The translations under genes were made by a program, and so were the position numbers. Below are positions 55,042-64,000 of a stretch of 64,000 bases of DNA, piece by piece. The notes beneath the pieces are model-generated. The model did no database searches and was not told where the DNA came from. It saw only the letters and a program-made list of their open reading frames with translations. The first letter of the stretch is position 1, and every line of letters starts with the position of its first letter. Origin of the DNA: Candidatus Peregrinibacteria bacterium CG_4_9_14_0_2_um_filter_41_14 (GTDB lineage Bacteria; Patescibacteriota; Gracilibacteria; UBA1369; UM-FILTER-41-14); contig PFRW01000063.1 of NCBI GenBank assembly GCA_002788755.1, positions 13,339-77,338 on the forward strand, given 5' to 3'.

Positions 55042-57420
55042 ATGGGCTTCTTTTCCAAAGGCATCTTAGGCATTAACGCAAGAAATCTTCTTTACATCAA
55101 ACCTTTTAACAAACGTAAAGATATTCTGTTTGCCGATGATAAACTTAAAACAAAACATTATCTAGCCGCCCGCGGCGTTAATGTACCAAAACTATACGGC
55201 GTTATCCGCAATAAGGAAGAATTAGATAAATTTGACTTTAACAATCTCCCCAACAATTTTGTGCTTAAACCAAACCTGGGATCTGGCGGTGCCGGTATTA
55301 TTCCAATCGTGGAACATAGCAACAACACCTACATTACCAGCAGCGGCAAAATTTTAAGCCAAGAAGTCATCAAAGAACACATTATTGACATTATCGATGG
55401 CCGCTTTGCCGTCAACAACAATCCCGACAGTGCCTTTTTTGAACAACTATTAATTACTCACGAAAGCGTAGCCCCTTACACATACAAGGGCCTACCGGAT
55501 TTACGAATTGTCGTCTTCAACCTAATTCCCGTCATGGCCATGTTACGTTTACCAACCAGAGAATCGGACGGTCGCGCCAATTTACAACAAGGTGCCGTTG
55601 GCGTTGGTCTTGATTTAGCCAAAGGCGAAACAACCTACATCACCCAAAACTATAAAATCATTCCCGAAATACCAGACGTTGGCCCCATCAAAATCAAAAT
55701 ACCATTCTGGGATCAAATCCTTGAGATGTCCGTCAAAACACAGTTAATCAGTAACTTGGGTTACCTTGCTGTAGATATTGCCTTAGATCAGACCTCAGGC
55801 CCCGTCTTACTAGAAATAAACGCCCGCGCCGGTCTTAAAGTGCAAATTGCCAATTTAGCAGGACTAAAAAAACGACTCGAAAGAATTAAAGGTATTAAAG
55901 TCACAACTCCCGAAAAAGGCATTCGTATTGCCAAAGACATGTTTGGTAACGTCACCGAAAAAGCCATTAGCAATGTTAGCGGTAAAACTATCATTAGTGA
56001 CCAAGAAAATATCGAAATCCTAAATGAAAAACACAATATTGTTGCCACCGCCAAAATCAACCTTAATCAAGAAAAAACGACAATTAATGAAGCCCTCCAA
56101 AAACAAATTAAAAATTTCGCTCCCGGCAAAAAAATTAAAATCATTTTAGGCAAAGAAAGAATTACCACCCTAGCCACAGTTAAAGAAAACCAAATCGAAA
56201 ACATCATCATTGGCCGCCGCGACCTTGGTAATTTCTTAATCGATCCCACTAAACGCAAAGACAAAATTGCGCCACTACCCAAGCCGGAATCAAAAAAAGA
56301 ACCGATTCCATACTTTATCCCAAAAACAAACTACGGCGAAGTTGACCATCAACTATACGAATTAGACAGAAAAGTTAGACTTGTATCACACCTTGCCCCA
56401 ACCAACCTTAAAGAAGAACTTGAAAAATTCAGCAAAGACAAAACCTACAACCCACAATTTATCTACAAAGAGCCAAAAATTGATATCCTCAAAATTAAGC
56501 AAGAAATTGCCGACATTCAAGTGAGTGACAGCGCCCTCGGCCAAGTTTTTGGTAACAAAAAAGAAGAACTACTGAACCGCTTCAAACTAATCGAAGCCCG
56601 CGGCACCGATCAATTTACCGCCATATCTCACTTAAACTTTGCCAAACCATCGCCAGAACTTGTCCAGCGTGGATTCCAAATGCTGGAAGAAAGCTACAAA
56701 CATCACGACATCCACCCTGCAACCATCACCGCTAAAAAAGCTAAAGAAATTTTTGAAGAAACCCTAGCCTCATACGGTCTCACCCAATGGAACATTAAAT
56801 TTAAACCCAACATGCACGGCAACTGCAGTGTTTCCAAGGGTAACGCCATCTTTATTCGCACCGGTGCAAAATTCTCCGAACAAAAACTCAAAAAACTAAT
56901 CGCTCACGAAATCGAAACCCACATCCTCACCAACGAAAACGGCCGCAAACAACCATACCGCATTTTTCAAGTTGGAACCGCTAACTACCTCAAAACACAA
57001 GAAGGACTTGCCGTATACAACCAAGAAAACGCCGTTAATGCCAAATACAACTTTTGGGGCGTTGGCACCTTCCTTGCCACCTACTTAGCCGAACACCACT
57101 CCTTTAGCGAAACCTATGAGCGATTAATTAAACTAGGTATTGGCAAAAAAAGAGCACTCACCATGACGGCCAAAACAAAAAGGGGGATTGAAGACACCAG
57201 CCAACCGGGCGCCTTTACCAAAGGCTACATGTACTTTATGGGAGCAGTCCAAATTGAAGAATTTGTTTTAGCCGGCGGCAATTTAGCCGACCTCTACGTA
57301 GGCAAAATCGACATCGAATCCATTGACTTAATCAACACAATCAGCAATCTTAACAAACCATACTATTTACCACATTGGTATAAAGACTTTAAAGGCAATG
57401 AACAAACTCAATCTCAATAG
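55042..57420 (+). CDS. Fusion protein: RimK-related (alpha-L-glutamate-ligase-like) ATP-grasp domain + QEGLA-motif/HExxxH (DUF1704, MATCAP-type) metallopeptidase domain
   Basis: 792 aa. The N-terminal ~300 aa carry GILGINARNLLYI, DDKLKTKHYL, VLKPNLGSGGAGI, DLRIVVFN and LEINARAGL. A Lys-rich linker follows. The C-terminal ~370 aa carry HEIETH (nt 56905-56922) and QEGLA (nt 56998-57012). The start lies 1 nt after the stop of the 7TM gene. Confidence 0.7.
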   Translation: MGFFSKGILGINARNLLYIKPFNKRKDILFADDKLKTKHYLAARGVNVPKLYGVIRNKEELDKFDFNNLPNNFVLKPNLGSGGAGIIPIVEHSNNTYITSSGKILSQEVIKEHIIDIIDGRFAVNNNPDSAFFEQLLITHESVAPYTYKGLPDLRIVVFNLIPVMAMLRLPTRESDGRANLQQGAVGVGLDLAKGETTYITQNYKIIPEIPDVGPIKIKIPFWDQILEMSVKTQLISNLGYLAVDIALDQTSGPVLLEINARAGLKVQIANLAGLKKRLERIKGIKVTTPEKGIRIAKDMFGNVTEKAISNVSGKTIISDQENIEILNEKHNIVATAKINLNQEKTTINEALQKQIKNFAPGKKIKIILGKERITTLATVKENQIENIIIGRRDLGNFLIDPTKRKDKIAPLPKPESKKEPIPYFIPKTNYGEVDHQLYELDRKVRLVSHLAPTNLKEELEKFSKDKTYNPQFIYKEPKIDILKIKQEIADIQVSDSALGQVFGNKKEELLNRFKLIEARGTDQFTAISHLNFAKPSPELVQRGFQMLEESYKHHDIHPATITAKKAKEIFEETLASYGLTQWNIKFKPNMHGNCSVSKGNAIFIRTGAKFSEQKLKKLIAHEIETHILTNENGRKQPYRIFQVGTANYLKTQEGLAVYNQENAVNAKYNFWGVGTFLATYLAEHHSFSETYERLIKLGIGKKRALTMTAKTKRGIEDTSQPGAFTKGYMYFMGAVQIEEFVLAGGNLADLYVGKIDIESIDLINTISNLNKPYYLPHWYKDFKGNEQTQSQ

Positions 57421-58420
57421 CTACAACTTTGACTTACCGACAACCTCCATCGCGCAATCGGCAGTAACGCCGCGGGATCATAGTAAATTACTTATCTACA
57501 ACCGCAAAACCGACACAATTAAGCACGAGCATTTTTATAATATCCTCAATTACATACCTAAAAATGCCATTATTGTCTTTAACAATACCAAAGTTACCCC
57601 CGCACGCCTCTTTGGCAAAATCGATCAAAAAGAAGTCGAAATCCTCCTCACCAATCCATTAGGTAAAAACAAACAAGCATTAGTTAAACCAGGCAAAAAA
57701 TTTACTCTAGAAACAGAAATCAAATTTCCCGCAGGCCTCACCGCCAAAGTTACAAAAATCAACACAGACGGCAGCCGTGAACTCAACTTTACACCAGATC
57801 TCACACTTCAATATTTACATAAATACGGTGAACTCCCTTTACCACCATATATCAAAACCACCTACAACCAAGAAGTGGCAAACCGCTATCAAACCATTTA
57901 CGCCCAAACCGAAGGCAGCATTGCCGCCCCCACAGCCGGACTCCACTTTACCCCCGAGCTTTTAGACAAACTCAAACAAAAATTCACAGTCGTTAATGTC
58001 ACCCTAAATGTTGGCCTCGGCACTTTTTCACCCATTAGAGTAGAAAGCATCGACCAACACGAAATGCATTTTGAAACATACTCCTTAACAGAAGAAGCCG
58101 CCAAAGCCCTTAATCAAGCTCAAAAAAATCAACAACCAATTATAACCGTTGGCACCACAAGTACACGCGTTTTAGAAGCACAATTAAAAGATAATGACCA
58201 ATTTACCGCCGGCACTTTTAGCACGGACATATTTATTTACCCCGGGTATAAATTTAAAGCGATCACCGGACAAATCACCAACTTCCATCTCCCCAAAAGC
58301 TCCCTATTTATGTTGATCTCCGCTTTTTTAGGCACCGAAAAGGCTAAACAAATTTATCAAGAAGCAGTTGATCAACAATACCGCTTTTACAGCTTTGGTG
58401 ACGCCTGTCTTTTTCTTTAA
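57398..58420 (+). CDS. queA: S-adenosylmethionine:tRNA ribosyltransferase-isomerase
   Basis: 340 aa. YNFDLP N-terminus, LPLPPYI, APTAGLHFT, and TVGTTSTRVLE. Overlaps the upstream gene by 23 nt. Confidence 0.9.
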   Translation: MNKLNLNSYNFDLPTTSIAQSAVTPRDHSKLLIYNRKTDTIKHEHFYNILNYIPKNAIIVFNNTKVTPARLFGKIDQKEVEILLTNPLGKNKQALVKPGKKFTLETEIKFPAGLTAKVTKINTDGSRELNFTPDLTLQYLHKYGELPLPPYIKTTYNQEVANRYQTIYAQTEGSIAAPTAGLHFTPELLDKLKQKFTVVNVTLNVGLGTFSPIRVESIDQHEMHFETYSLTEEAAKALNQAQKNQQPIITVGTTSTRVLEAQLKDNDQFTAGTFSTDIFIYPGYKFKAITGQITNFHLPKSSLFMLISAFLGTEKAKQIYQEAVDQQYRFYSFGDACLFL

Positions 58421-59622
58421 ACCTTTATATCCGCTTCTGCTTCATTCCAAGCTGTATCAACCAACAAACCTTGTTGATCTGCCCCCATCGGCACGCCGGA
58501 ATAACGCAAAACAAGCAAAGTAATATCGTCCAACTGTGGCTCCTCTTTAACAAACCCTCTAAAGTCTTCCGAAATTGCTTCAAACAATTTTTTAGACTCA
58601 CCCAAAGACCCATTTTTTGCAACCGACATTTTTAAGCGTTCCAAAGTATACATTTCCCCCAACTTATTGCGTGCCTCGGGAATACCATCCGTATAAAGTA
58701 CAATTGTATCTTCCTTATTTAAAGGAATTAATTTTTCTAGTGCTAACCCTTCAACATCGTCCGTCATTCCCAAAGCAATACCGCCGGTTGGGATTGCCTC
58801 GCAAATTCCTTCCTTAGCTCGATAAATCAAAATATGCTCATGACCGGCACCCGTATAATACATTTTTTCTTCTTCCGGATTCCAACGTAAAGCAATTGTT
58901 GTCATAAACATTGTTGAATTCACTCTTGGCTTTAAGGTTCGATTCGTTTTTACAATCCATTCCGAAGTTGAATTCACCTCATCTAAATAAACCGCCAACA
59001 AAGTATTTACCATCATCATAATTAATCCGGCCGGCGCCCCATGGCCGGTAACATCACCTAAATAGATATAAGTTTGGTTACCCTTTTTCATAAAACCAAA
59101 ACTGTCACCGCCTACCTCTTCTGCCGGACGCGTTCTCGCTGCTACATCTAATTTATCGACCAAAGGAATAGTAGCCGGTAAAACGCTACGTTGAATATCT
59201 GCAGCTAAATCCAACTCTGACAACATTCGGCTGCCTTCTTTTAAATCGTGTGACACTGCTTCCAAATTTTTAGTAACATGATTAAAAAACTGAGCCAACA
59301 AGCCAAATTCATCTCTTCTTAATAAGACAATTTTTTTATATTTCTGCCCGGCTAATAATGCCTCGATCTGACTAATAATTTTACCAAACACACGATATAT
59401 TCGAAGATAATAAACCAAAAGTACCGCAGCATTAGCAATTAAAATCAATCCTAACCAAAACCAAACCGTTGTGACTTTAAAATAAGCTAAAGCGCCGGCA
59501 GCAACAGTGGCTCCCAAAGCAATCAAAATCAAATAAACAAAAGTTTTTTGGCTACGAATCAACATAAATGCAAAAATTACTGAACAGGATCTGCCAAAGC
59601 AGCAGCTAAATCCGGGTAACAC
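58417..59622 (-). CDS. Membrane-bound HAMP-linked PP2C (SpoIIE/RsbU-type) serine phosphatase
   Basis: 401 aa. Two TM helices and a HAMP-like linker. PPM motifs GGDSFGF, GDVTGHGAPAGLIMMM, LYTDGIPEA and DDITLLVL. The likely true start is the internal Met (MLIRSQ) at about 59565. Confidence 0.8.
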   Translation of the reverse strand: MLPGFSCCFGRSCSVIFAFMLIRSQKTFVYLILIALGATVAAGALAYFKVTTVWFWLGLILIANAAVLLVYYLRIYRVFGKIISQIEALLAGQKYKKIVLLRRDEFGLLAQFFNHVTKNLEAVSHDLKEGSRMLSELDLAADIQRSVLPATIPLVDKLDVAARTRPAEEVGGDSFGFMKKGNQTYIYLGDVTGHGAPAGLIMMMVNTLLAVYLDEVNSTSEWIVKTNRTLKPRVNSTMFMTTIALRWNPEEEKMYYTGAGHEHILIYRAKEGICEAIPTGGIALGMTDDVEGLALEKLIPLNKEDTIVLYTDGIPEARNKLGEMYTLERLKMSVAKNGSLGESKKLFEAISEDFRGFVKEEPQLDDITLLVLRYSGVPMGADQQGLLVDTAWNEAEADIKV

Positions 59623-59936
59623 TTAATTAACTGACTAAGACCGATTAAATTAAACACATCTTCTACTTTTGGTTGTACATTAATAATTCTCAAAGTTTGC
59701 TCTTTCTTTTTTAGCTTATAAAAAAGAGAAACAATATAACCAACCCCTTCCGAATTAATAAAATCAAAATACATAAGGTCAAAAATCAAAACTTGCTTTT
59801 GATACTCTTCTACAAACTTAGTTAGTACGTCTCTTACTTGATCTAAATTAGACTTATCCATTTCACCTTTAAACTGAACTATTTGATAACCATCTGTACC
59901 TTCTGCCGCTAAAACATTTAAATCTAAATGTGCCAT
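59577..59936 (-). CDS. STAS-domain anti-sigma-factor antagonist (SpoIIAA/RsbV-like)
   Basis: Start re-set to the ATG at 59936 (MAHLDLN). FDFINSEGVGYI contains the conserved phosphorylatable Ser of anti-anti-sigma factors. Confidence 0.72.
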   Translation of the reverse strand: MAHLDLNVLAAEGTDGYQIVQFKGEMDKSNLDQVRDVLTKFVEEYQKQVLIFDLMYFDFINSEGVGYIVSLFYKLKKKEQTLRIINVQPKVEDVFNLIGLSQLIKCYPDLAAALADPVQ

Positions 59937-60102
59937 AACAATTTCAATTAAACTATTCCCCCCAATTATAGAAAAGATCCGTAAAATTAACAGACAAACT
60001 CCCCACATCACTAATTTAACCTTGCAATAACAGCAAATAATTGACTAGCAGTATATGGTATTTAAATAATTATGTTACACTTTATTTCCATAAAATTAAA
60101 TT

Positions 60103-62547
60103 ATGTTTAAAAAATCAATTGCACAAATTACGTTATTAGCCGTTCTATTTTCGCTACAACCTTTTGGCATTAATACAGCCAACGCATCGGTTTTTCTTGA
60201 CGTCCCAACCACCCATCGCTACGCAACCGCAATCGAAGACCTTTACAACCGTAATATAATCGAAGGATATGCCGACGGTCGCTTTGGCCCAAACAAATAT
60301 CTAAACCGTGCCGAACTCACCAAAATTGTAATTGAAAGCCTCAACCTACCAACCGAAGCCGGCAGCTGTTTTCCCGATGTGCCACAAGGCGAATGGTTTA
60401 ATGTCTATGTTTGTACCGCCAAAAACCTAGGATGGATTGAAGGTTACCCCAATGGCAATTTCAAACCATCTCAAACTATTAACCATGCCGAAGCCGTTAA
60501 AATTATTGCGCGCGCTCAAGCTTGGCAAGTCAACCAACCTACTAAGCAAGTATACTCCGACGTTCCAACCAACCAATGGTTTAGCCCATATGTTACCTAC
60601 GGCAAAGAACATAACTTTTTACCATTTACAAACACATTCCTACCTGCAGGTTTCACAACCCGCGGAGAATTTTCCGAAATTTTTCACCGTATCCTAGTTA
60701 CCGCCGACAATAACACCGACATCTATTCGCTCGAATTTAGCCAAACCACTAACAGCAACTCCATTACTCCCGAGGTAATCGTAAATCCTGATGACATCCA
60801 AATTACCGATGAAATTGTTAACGGCCAATACAGCACCGACGGCAACCACACTTTTTCAGCCTCCACATTTAGCGGCATAAACCTCGACCAAAACTTACCA
60901 AAAGCTTTCTACAAAAATGAAGTCTACTACATTGACGGACAACTCGACTCCGATTCCTACAAATCCGTTTTTGCGTTCATTTACCCTCGTTCCAACAGTA
61001 ACGACACAACAATTTTTAAAACCACCGTCACCAACCGTAATTTCTCAATTCCTGTTAGATTTGACCAAACAGGAGACTATTATATTGGTATTATTCCCGG
61101 AACAACCGGCAGCAGCAAAGTAGCACCAATTACAATTAATGCCGACATTCCCAGCCCAAGTACCACTACAACAGCAACAGCACCAACAAATCTTAACTTA
61201 GGTTACGAAATCGACAACACCTTTGTCAGCTTTACCACCAACGGCAATATTCGCCACATTAAATTCAGCCAAAACAACAACGAAGTTACCTACTTCTCAC
61301 GTCAACTAAAAGATAAAGTTGCAGTAATTTACACAGATTTCGTCAACTTTAATGAAGGCACAGTTAATGTCTCCGTAAGTTCCGCTATGGCCGAAAATAT
61401 TATCCCACTCGAATCACTTTCACCATGGAGCACAGCCACCACAAAAAGCTTTAGCGCAGTAACTCACCAATTTACAGAAATTACAAATTCAGTCAGCACT
61501 AATAGTTTACCAACAAGCTATAGCCCAAATCAAAAAGTAACAATTAGTGGTACTACAACTACCGAAATCACTTCAAAACTCAGTATTATTTTGCCAACCG
61601 GTTTTGTCCAAGAACAAAACACCACCGGAGCCATAATTGCCGCCGGCAGCAACTTTTCATTTGATTACACCCCAACTCAAAACGGCACCTACATTCTAGA
61701 AATCAATAATACAAACGGTATTGCCGTTATTAACCATCCAATTTACTCCACAAACCTCACCCCACTAATTCCAAACTATTTTGACCTTTTCCCCTTGGAA
61801 TTAACACCAAACATAACAATCAACGAAACCACCGAAATCAACAATCTCTTAAGCCTAATCAACCAAGCCCGCCAAGATCACAATCTACCACCCGTTACCC
61901 TTAACACCGAACTATCCGCACTATCGCGCGCCCACAATCAAAACATGATCGATAACGATTATTTTGGACACGTTAACCTCAGCGGCGAAACACCAAACGA
62001 CCGCCGTGTATTAGCCGGTATTGCAACCGTTGTAGGTGAAAACATCGCTCGCACAACTTCCACTACCCACGGCCACGAAGGCTTTATGCGCAGTGCCATC
62101 CACCGCGATAACATTCTAGACCCAAGCTGGAACCAAGTAGGCCTAAGCGTTCTCAAAGATAACGAAGGCTACTACTACCTAGGCGAAGAATTTACAACCA
62201 CCGAAGATTACGCCAAGTCCTACATTATCCAACAAATTAATGACGCCCGCTCAACCAACCTCACCCAAGACGACATTCTTAACACCGGCGCCCAAAGCTG
62301 GAGCCAACTCATGGTCGACAATAATTTTGTAAACACAAGCTACAACGGCCAAAGCATTTTCGACACACTCTCTTCAACCGACAATTACACCAACCTCAAA
62401 GTCTACATTGTTGCTAGCGGCAGCATTCCCGCCATTGTCACCGAATTTCTTAGCCACAACGAAGTAACCAGCTGGCAATTTGCCGGCATCGGCCTCCGCA
62501 CAAGCAACGACGGCTCCATGAAAGCCACTCTCCTAATTGCCCAATAA
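60103..62547 (+). CDS. SLH-anchored surface protein with C-terminal CAP/SCP (YkwD-like) domain
   Basis: 814 aa. Signal peptide and three N-terminal SLH repeats (FLDVPTTHRY...EGYADGRFGPN; FPDVPQGEWF...EGYPNGNFKP; YSDVPTNQWF...). A long Thr/Asn/Ser-rich beta-type middle region follows. The C-terminal LINQARQDHNLPPV...LSRAHNQNMIDNDYFGH...HRDNILDPSWNQVG is CAP-like. Confidence 0.72.
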   Translation: MFKKSIAQITLLAVLFSLQPFGINTANASVFLDVPTTHRYATAIEDLYNRNIIEGYADGRFGPNKYLNRAELTKIVIESLNLPTEAGSCFPDVPQGEWFNVYVCTAKNLGWIEGYPNGNFKPSQTINHAEAVKIIARAQAWQVNQPTKQVYSDVPTNQWFSPYVTYGKEHNFLPFTNTFLPAGFTTRGEFSEIFHRILVTADNNTDIYSLEFSQTTNSNSITPEVIVNPDDIQITDEIVNGQYSTDGNHTFSASTFSGINLDQNLPKAFYKNEVYYIDGQLDSDSYKSVFAFIYPRSNSNDTTIFKTTVTNRNFSIPVRFDQTGDYYIGIIPGTTGSSKVAPITINADIPSPSTTTTATAPTNLNLGYEIDNTFVSFTTNGNIRHIKFSQNNNEVTYFSRQLKDKVAVIYTDFVNFNEGTVNVSVSSAMAENIIPLESLSPWSTATTKSFSAVTHQFTEITNSVSTNSLPTSYSPNQKVTISGTTTTEITSKLSIILPTGFVQEQNTTGAIIAAGSNFSFDYTPTQNGTYILEINNTNGIAVINHPIYSTNLTPLIPNYFDLFPLELTPNITINETTEINNLLSLINQARQDHNLPPVTLNTELSALSRAHNQNMIDNDYFGHVNLSGETPNDRRVLAGIATVVGENIARTTSTTHGHEGFMRSAIHRDNILDPSWNQVGLSVLKDNEGYYYLGEEFTTTEDYAKSYIIQQINDARSTNLTQDDILNTGAQSWSQLMVDNNFVNTSYNGQSIFDTLSSTDNYTNLKVYIVASGSIPAIVTEFLSHNEVTSWQFAGIGLRTSNDGSMKATLLIAQ

Positions 62548-63513
62548 TTTAAAATTATACAACCGATCTTCACCCATTACCTCAGTTTCAAAAGCACAAT
62601 TTTGTAACAACCGTAAAGCGATCGGCAAACCATCAAAAGCCAAAAGCCCGGCCTTAAAACCGGGTTTTTTTTCGTTAACAAAAATATATACTTCATCCCA
62701 CAAACCTTGCTCCAAAAAACTGGTAAAAACCTGCGCGCCACCTTCAACCAAAACACTGGTAATGCCTGCCCCCTCCAACTCATCCAAACTTCTAATCACT
62801 AAAAAATTTTGATCTCTAAAAACCTTTAAAGTTAAATCCGATTGCACATCACCCAAAACAATACGTCGAGGCTCATAACCATTTACACACCCCGCCGCCA
62901 ACTCCGGATTATCTACCTGTAAAGTACCGGCACCTACCAAAATTCCATCAACCTTAGAGCGCAAATCTTTTACAAACCGCCCCGCTTTCAAACCAGAAAT
63001 TTGGGCTCGAGCCCGGGGCAGGGGAGCAATTTGACCAAACATATTCATCGCGATCTTTAAAATTAGATACGGTCGATTCGTTTTAATATATTTGAAAAAG
63101 CCAAAATTCAATTTTGCCGCTTCCTCATTTAATAACCCAACCTCCACATTCACACCCGCGGCCCTCAGCCGCTTAATCCCCAGACCCGCCACCTTTGGAT
63201 TTGGATCCATATTGGCCACAACCACCCGTCTCATTCCTTTATTTATCAAATAATCAGCACACGCAGGCTGCTTGCCTTCATGAGCACACGGCTCCAACGT
63301 CACATACATAATCTCATCACCCTCCAACGACTGTGCATAACTATTTAAACAGTTAACCTCGGCATGCGCGTCACCAAAAAACTTGTGATAACCAGTCGAC
63401 ACGACCTTCCCATTCTTAACCAAGACCGCCCCTACCTTAGGGTTTGGCGAAACAAAGCCATGCCCTTTAGCCGCCTCCGCTATCGCCAATCTCATCAAAG
63501 CTTCTACATCCAT
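62533..63513 (-). CDS. ribD: Bifunctional riboflavin biosynthesis deaminase/reductase RibD
   Basis: 326 aa. Deaminase zinc motifs HAEVNCL and EPCAHEGKQPAC, then a C-terminal reductase domain (GVNVEVG..., VLVEGG). Confidence 0.9.
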   Translation of the reverse strand: MDVEALMRLAIAEAAKGHGFVSPNPKVGAVLVKNGKVVSTGYHKFFGDAHAEVNCLNSYAQSLEGDEIMYVTLEPCAHEGKQPACADYLINKGMRRVVVANMDPNPKVAGLGIKRLRAAGVNVEVGLLNEEAAKLNFGFFKYIKTNRPYLILKIAMNMFGQIAPLPRARAQISGLKAGRFVKDLRSKVDGILVGAGTLQVDNPELAAGCVNGYEPRRIVLGDVQSDLTLKVFRDQNFLVIRSLDELEGAGITSVLVEGGAQVFTSFLEQGLWDEVYIFVNEKKPGFKAGLLAFDGLPIALRLLQNCAFETEVMGEDRLYNFKLLGN

Positions 63514-63515
63514 CC

Positions 63516-64000
63516 TTATACTTTATCTAACATATGGCCAAGCTTACCCTTCTTTGTCTTCAAATAAAAATGATTACGCTGCCCCGGATCCACCTCAATT
63601 GCCACTCGCTCTACAATTTCCAGCCCATAACCATCAAGCCCCACAACCTTTTTAGGATTATTTGTCAAAAGTCTCATTTTCTTAATACCAAGATCAACCA
63701 AAATCTGCGCACCAATTCCATAATGGCGCAAATCGTCTTTAAACCCTAAAATCCGATTCGCTTCCACCGTGTCATACCCAATTTCTTGCAATTTATAAGC
63801 CTTTAGCTTGTTAATTAAACCAATTCCACGTCCTTCTTGCCGCATGTACAAAATCACACCCCGTCCCTCAGCAGCTACAATTTTCATTGATGCCTCTAGC
63901 TGCTGCTGACAATCACATCGTAACGAATGAAAAACATCGCCAGTTAAACATTCACTATGCACTCGCACCAAAACCGGTTCGCCATCATCAATTGCTCCCA
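63516..64000 (-). CDS. ribA: GTP cyclohydrolase II (RibA, or C-terminal half of RibBA); 5'-truncated by window edge
   Basis: [25 protein letters not shown] and [10 protein letters not shown]. The frame stays open upstream of the track's TTG at 63971 ([10 protein letters not shown] precedes it), so the gene continues beyond nt 64000. Confidence 0.88.
   Translation of the reverse strand, partial: GAIDDGEPVLVRVHSECLTGDVFHSLRCDCQQQLEASMKIVAAEGRGVILYMRQEGRGIGLINKLKAYKLQEIGYDTVEANRILGFKDDLRHYGIGAQILVDLGIKKMRLLTNNPKKVVGLDGYGLEIVERVAIEVDPGQRNHFYLKTKKGKLGHMLDKV

Overview
Gene-dense 64-kb chromosomal segment: about 58 CDS, 3 tRNAs (Ala-GGC, Arg-TCT, Leu-TAG) and a type-A RNase P RNA. I recognised no rRNA, CRISPR array, transposase or integrase. 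The organism appears to be a low-GC bacterium with a streamlined genome. Intergenic spacers are tiny and many gene ends overlap. The standard genetic code fits, since long ORFs are intact; TGA is a rare stop. Recognisable housekeeping genes are ackA-pta, gltX, metG, aspS, ftsK, tilS, ftsH, galU, secA, clpC, ruvB, tsaE, dnaE, queA, ribD and ribA. The remaining content is a type IV pilus block, VirB2/TrbC-like 'T4SS pilin' paralogues, SLH-anchored enzymes and many small lipoproteins or hypotheticals. By inference only, this mix is most consistent with a Patescibacteria/CPR-like lineage. Most interesting loci: (1) 53457-57420, a PKD-7TM membrane protein translationally coupled to a single polypeptide that fuses a RimK-related ATP-grasp ligase to a QEGLA/HExxxH (DUF1704, MATCAP-type) peptidase. 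(2) 7350-10734, five tandem VirB2/TrbC-like pilin paralogues with graded Cys-rich ectodomains. They lie in one co-directional string with ftsK and the type IV pilus genes, and a lone VirD4/TraD-like ATPase sits at 41925-44384. (3) Two paralogous proteins that join a sigma-70 region-4 module to a HARE-HTH-like domain, each placed directly behind a tRNA gene with its own promoter. (4) An orphan STAS/PP2C partner-switching pair. All functional calls rest on motif recognition by eye; no database search was run.
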